Shown: in pieces, positions 58,983 through 62,316 of the stretch | Numbering within the stretch: the stretch's first letter is position 1 | Layout: every line of letters starts with the position of its first letter | IMG/VR virus record: IMGVR_UViG_3300021093_006163 | Strand: one strand, 5' to 3' | From: an uncultured virus (IMG/VR IMGVR_UViG_3300021093_006163) | Lineage: Duplodnaviria > Heunggongvirae > Uroviricota > Caudoviricetes | Length of the DNA: 62,316 nt | Position numbers and translations under genes: made by a program | Notes under the pieces: model-generated | Seen by the model: the letters and a program-made list of their open reading frames with translations, nothing else | What the model was told of the DNA's origin: nothing | Databases searched by the model: none

Positions 58983-60820
58983 TATTTCTCCGAAAATATT
59001 CTAATGTGAGGCGTTGATTTACTCCAATCAATTTTTCTATGAAAAATCCATCCTCCCATCTCTTTTTCAAGCCTATTGGAAAGCTCTAATATTTCTGAAT
59101 CAGATACTTCCTTCCAGGATTTGTCAAAAAACATGTTATTCTCAGGAATATCAGCTTGATGGAAATCATACAAGCTCTCCCAATGTCTCTGCCAGTAGTC
59201 CCTATAAAATCTAATTTTTCTCTCAATATCAATCCAAGAAAAGTGTCTAGGAGTAGGAAGCATTTCGACGACATGATTGAACCATGTTTCATAAGCATGA
59301 ATTGCTTCAGAATGTCCACCTAGAGCTACAGCTCTCACTCTATTTGCTTCGTCAGTAAAAAAGTTTCCACTTGCAATAGGGTTTCCAGTTTTGACGTGTA
59401 TGTAATCACATCCATCTGTTCCTTGCACTGAGTATAGATCACCGTTCTCATCAAATCTACGCAGAGGCATAGGAATACCATGCGTAATGTGAGGAAGATT
59501 TCTACTCAGTCTCCACTTCCAGGGTGTCACATCAATTCGAACTTTTTCCTTTGAGCCCCAGTATTCAACCACCGGCAGACAAAGAAGGTTTGTTGACTTA
59601 GGAAAGTTTTTGCATAGCTGGCGTACTTTTTCCCAATCTTCCTGGAGCAAAATTTCATCAGCATCCATTTGCCAGCAGAAATCTCCGGTACAATAGCTTC
59701 TAGCTACAGCTTTCTGATCTCCATCAAAAACTGCAAATCTCTTATGTGACCAATCTCGATTATTTTGAATTACCTTTAATCTTGGATTACCTGACGACAT
59801 CTCAAGCATTCTTTCCCAGGTACCGTCTGTAGATCCTCCGTCAACAACGACGACTTCATCACAGAAACCCATTAAGGACTTGATTGTGTCCTCGTAGGGG
59901 TATCTATGATTTATGCAGTTAAGTGTGGTTAGATATCCAGACAGTGTAGGTTCATTTCTGGAGATCTTTGTTACAATATCCCAAAATACACCTGGCCTTG
60001 AAATGAGATAGTCACAGACAGCATCTGGCGCTGCCTGGAACCAGCACTCTTTTGAGTGCTGGACGTTTTCATTTGTCTCAACAGTGCAACCTAAAAGCTT
60101 GGCCTCAATTACCATTCTCGGACAAGTATCTCCTCCCTTTGGGAGATAGACAAAACCTTCTGCACGTGAAAGCTTGTCAAGCATTCTTTCGTAAGGAACA
60201 TCCCAGACAACTTCATAGGTCTTCTTGTTGTCTCTGCACCATTTTTCTGCATCATCAGCACCCTTGATCCAGGACTTAGAGCCCAAGACTATCCACCCAG
60301 ACCTTTTTGACTTTTTATCTTTAATCTGGATGATTTTCTCAAAGAAGCTATCACTAAAAACAGAGCTGAGGATAGTCGCTGGTTTTTCTTCAAGGAAGGG
60401 AAATCTCTGAATATATCTGTCTCTTTGATCCTGAGACATCCAGAACGTGTGATCTGCTCCAAAATAAAATGCGGAAACTATCTTTCCAAGATTTGACTCT
60501 TGACAATTACAAGGATTTCCAGTCTCATGCTGATGTCTCTCAATAGATCTGTATTGACAGAATTTATAATCATACTCAAGCACGACATATCGAAGATTTG
60601 ATGTAATCAACGGAACAAGTGTGGGATTGAGACCTGCAAAATTTCCAAAAACCCAGGTGCATTTTTGGTATTCAGATATTAAATCACTTGTGAGCTCTTG
60701 TGATCTAATTTTTATGACTTGAAACGGGCTCTTTTCGATTAGAGCTTCAGTTGTTAATTCTGCTCCTCCTGCATAGCTCTCTGCAAAAAGGTCAGCAACA
60801 AAAATTACTCTATTTTCCAT
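58982..60820 (-). CDS. Two-domain glycosyltransferase (GT-B fused to GT2)
   Basis: N-half GGAE, KG, DTCPRMVIEA; C-half VVVDGGSTDGT, QMDADE. Confidence 0.85.
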   Translation of the reverse strand: MENRVIFVADLFAESYAGGAELTTEALIEKSPFQVIKIRSQELTSDLISEYQKCTWVFGNFAGLNPTLVPLITSNLRYVVLEYDYKFCQYRSIERHQHETGNPCNCQESNLGKIVSAFYFGADHTFWMSQDQRDRYIQRFPFLEEKPATILSSVFSDSFFEKIIQIKDKKSKRSGWIVLGSKSWIKGADDAEKWCRDNKKTYEVVWDVPYERMLDKLSRAEGFVYLPKGGDTCPRMVIEAKLLGCTVETNENVQHSKECWFQAAPDAVCDYLISRPGVFWDIVTKISRNEPTLSGYLTTLNCINHRYPYEDTIKSLMGFCDEVVVVDGGSTDGTWERMLEMSSGNPRLKVIQNNRDWSHKRFAVFDGDQKAVARSYCTGDFCWQMDADEILLQEDWEKVRQLCKNFPKSTNLLCLPVVEYWGSKEKVRIDVTPWKWRLSRNLPHITHGIPMPLRRFDENGDLYSVQGTDGCDYIHVKTGNPIASGNFFTDEANRVRAVALGGHSEAIHAYETWFNHVVEMLPTPRHFSWIDIERKIRFYRDYWQRHWESLYDFHQADIPENNMFFDKSWKEVSDSEILELSNRLEKEMGGWIFHRKIDWSKSTPHIRIFSEK

Positions 60821-60824
60821 GATT

Positions 60825-60831
60825 TAAATAG
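60825..60831 (-). promoter_or_regulatory. Candidate promoter for the glycan island (CTATTTA; overlapping TACTAT -10-like hexamer)
   Basis: 4 nt before the first island ATG, no SD, downstream of the terminator. Confidence 0.4.
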
Positions 60832-60851
60832 TAGACATTTTTGTCACATTG

Positions 60852-60884
60852 TTTAAAGAAAAAGCCGGGCACAAGGCCCGGCTT
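60852..60884 (-). terminator. Rho-independent terminator after the tail-fibre gene
   Basis: Perfect 9 bp stem AAGCCGGGC-CTTGT-GCCCGGCTT followed by TTTCTTT on the minus strand. Confidence 0.85.
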
Positions 60885-60904
60885 GGTCTTTGACCAATAA
60901 AGGA

Positions 60905-62316
60905 CTAGATCTCTTCCATCATGAACTTGTAGCGCTTACCATTCTTATTATTTGTGATTGTGAGGTAGTCCTCTTCCTCAATAATGGTCCAGTCGCCGCG
61001 CTCATTCTTCAGGTGCAAGTCACCTGTGAACATGTTACGCCAGCGAAGGGATGCTGATCCAAGATCATACGCATTATTTAAATTTGGAATTAGGCTTGAT
61101 GCCGCTTGACCCGTGAACGTGATGGTATCAGATGCTGCGTTGTCGCCGAGGGTGACGTTACCGATAGCAGCCAATGTACCTGGAATGGTGACGGAGCCTG
61201 AGATGTGGGTCGCGCCGGATGAATGACCCATATTGAGAAGTGTGGATGCAAACCCACCGATGTTGAGGGTCGTCGCCACTGTGTTGAAGAGGTTCTGCGT
61301 CGTCTGATCACCGACCAGCGTTCCGCCCTTTATCGTGGTGGTGCCGGAATTTGCGCCGATGGTGACCAATGATCCACTGAGCGTGAGCTCTCTCAGGACC
61401 GAGCCCTCCTGCGCAGCAACCCTGAATCCTCCGCCGGTCCCTGTCGTGCCGCTCATGACGGCGATTGAGACGTCGTCTCTTAGAAGAGTAAAGCCTAACG
61501 CACCGGCATTCATCTCTATCTTTGTACCGCTCAGGACGAGGTTCTTGCCGCTGACTGCGCCGAACTTGGCAGCGCCGCCGACTGCCCCGTTGGCAGAGGT
61601 GAAGTTAATAAAGGACGTGCCACCGAGATTGAAATCTATGACGCCGGCTCCGGTGGTTGTCTTGATCTCTACAATGGAGCCCTGGGCGGTGAGAGTAGTT
61701 CCATTGGACGATGTGACGAATGCTGTGGTTCCCCCTAGTTCAAACTTGCTTGCTCTCACAGGGAGCAGGGACATGCCTGTGAGATCTGTCAATGTTCCGT
61801 TGCTTGTATTGATCTTACCAGCGCCCCACGTGTCAGCTGCGACCCGGCCGAAGACCAGTTCTGTCCTAGCACCAGCAGCGGTTGTGTCTGCGGACCCAGA
61901 GAAGATCGCGATGCCGCCGTTCCTATTTGGACCTGCAGTACCCGACGCCATGAGGATAATCGGATCCTCGACCAGCAGATTTGTTGTGTCAATCGTCGTG
62001 GTCGTGCCGTTGACGGTGAGGTCTCCAGTGACCGTGAGGTTGTTGTTTACCGTTGTCGTTCCTGACCCAGCGCCCAGACTGACTGTTGTGGCATCACCAC
62101 CGATGTTGAGGGTCGTCACTGTGTCGTTTAGAAGGTTGAAGGCGGTCTGAGTTGACGTGATCTTGTTCGTCGAGGATGCGGCAGTGCCATTGACCGCGAG
62201 GCTTCCTGCGACTGTTGTTGTGTCTGTCGCTGCATCACCGAGGGTCGTGTTGCCTGTGGCCGACAGTGTTGTAAATACACCAGTTGATGGGTTGCTGGCA
62301 CTAATCGCCGTCCCGT
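60905..62316 (-). CDS. Tail fibre/fibre-like virion protein, 5'-truncated by the window end
   Basis: The frame stays open from 62119 to the window edge (GTAISASNPSTGVFTTLSATGNTTLGD...); Gly/Thr beta repeats, GDLTVNGTTTTI, C-terminal YDLGSASLRW..TGDLHL..GDWTI..GKRYKF. Confidence 0.8.
   Translation of the reverse strand, partial: GTAISASNPSTGVFTTLSATGNTTLGDAATDTTTVAGSLAVNGTAASSTNKITSTQTAFNLLNDTVTTLNIGGDATTVSLGAGSGTTTVNNNLTVTGDLTVNGTTTTIDTTNLLVEDPIILMASGTAGPNRNGGIAIFSGSADTTAAGARTELVFGRVAADTWGAGKINTSNGTLTDLTGMSLLPVRASKFELGGTTAFVTSSNGTTLTAQGSIVEIKTTTGAGVIDFNLGGTSFINFTSANGAVGGAAKFGAVSGKNLVLSGTKIEMNAGALGFTLLRDDVSIAVMSGTTGTGGGFRVAAQEGSVLRELTLSGSLVTIGANSGTTTIKGGTLVGDQTTQNLFNTVATTLNIGGFASTLLNMGHSSGATHISGSVTIPGTLAAIGNVTLGDNAASDTITFTGQAASSLIPNLNNAYDLGSASLRWRNMFTGDLHLKNERGDWTIIEEEDYLTITNNKNGKRYKFMMEEI
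61254..62117. repeat. Exact 21 nt direct repeat (ccaccgatgttgagggtcgtc) at 61254-61274 and 62097-62117
   Basis: Both copies encode TTLNIGG; spacing is 843 nt = 281 codons, so in frame. Confidence 0.85.

Noticed and set aside
519..60410. Numerous 60-184 aa plus-strand and nested alternative-frame ORFs (e.g. 29153-29707, 32677-33117, 7329-7655)
   Set aside because: All lie within or across well-supported minus-strand genes and show no motifs or translation signals.
34692..60820. Interpretation as a bacterial LPS/O-antigen/capsule locus or chimeric contig
   Set aside because: No export, polymerase, ligase or initiating transferase genes; the island is co-oriented with phage genes and overlaps them at its downstream end. 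Read-level confirmation is still needed.
34692..60820. DNA hypermodification cluster as the primary call
   Set aside because: No dNMP hydroxymethylase/thymidylate synthase, TET/JBP dioxygenase or DNA base-transferase recognised in this window. Not excluded, since such genes could lie elsewhere.
61335..62150. 271 aa plus-strand ORF
   Set aside because: Antisense shadow of the GC-rich, codon-biased fibre gene; no motif of its own.
1..62316. Stop-codon reassignment, introns/inteins, tRNAs
   Set aside because: Conserved genes are intact under the standard code with all three stops in use; no intein or homing-endonuclease motifs seen; intergenic gaps are too short or lack a cloverleaf.

Overview
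A 62 kb segment of a large (jumbo-type) contractile-tailed dsDNA phage with T4-like packaging, baseplate and late-sigma genes. About 56 tightly packed genes all lie on the minus strand and use the standard code (TAA, TAG and TGA all terminate genes). In transcription order: a GC-rich tail-fibre gene cut by the window end, then an intrinsic terminator; a ~26 kb glycan-biosynthesis island (34.7-60.8 kb); a gp55-like late sigma factor; a spike/baseplate/tail block (gp5-, gp25-, gp6-like and large unknown proteins); RuvC, primase, a Cys-rich mini-protein and a single-chain Mre11-Rad50 fusion; terminase large subunit; and the first codons of a probable portal gene. The island has 9 glycosyltransferase-like ORFs, an apparently complete ADP-heptose pathway, a CMP-sugar/Maf-like arm, 5 SAM methyltransferases, a carbamoyltransferase and a B12 radical-SAM enzyme. 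Main hypothesis (inference): a soluble, phage-encoded protein O-glycosylation system that decorates the virion. The island has no flippase, polymerase or membrane initiator, and a subset of virion proteins is packed with a recurring [ST]-[GAS]-S micro-motif that could be the acceptor sequon. All calls come from motif reading by eye; no searches were run, and GC values are hand counts of single sequence lines.
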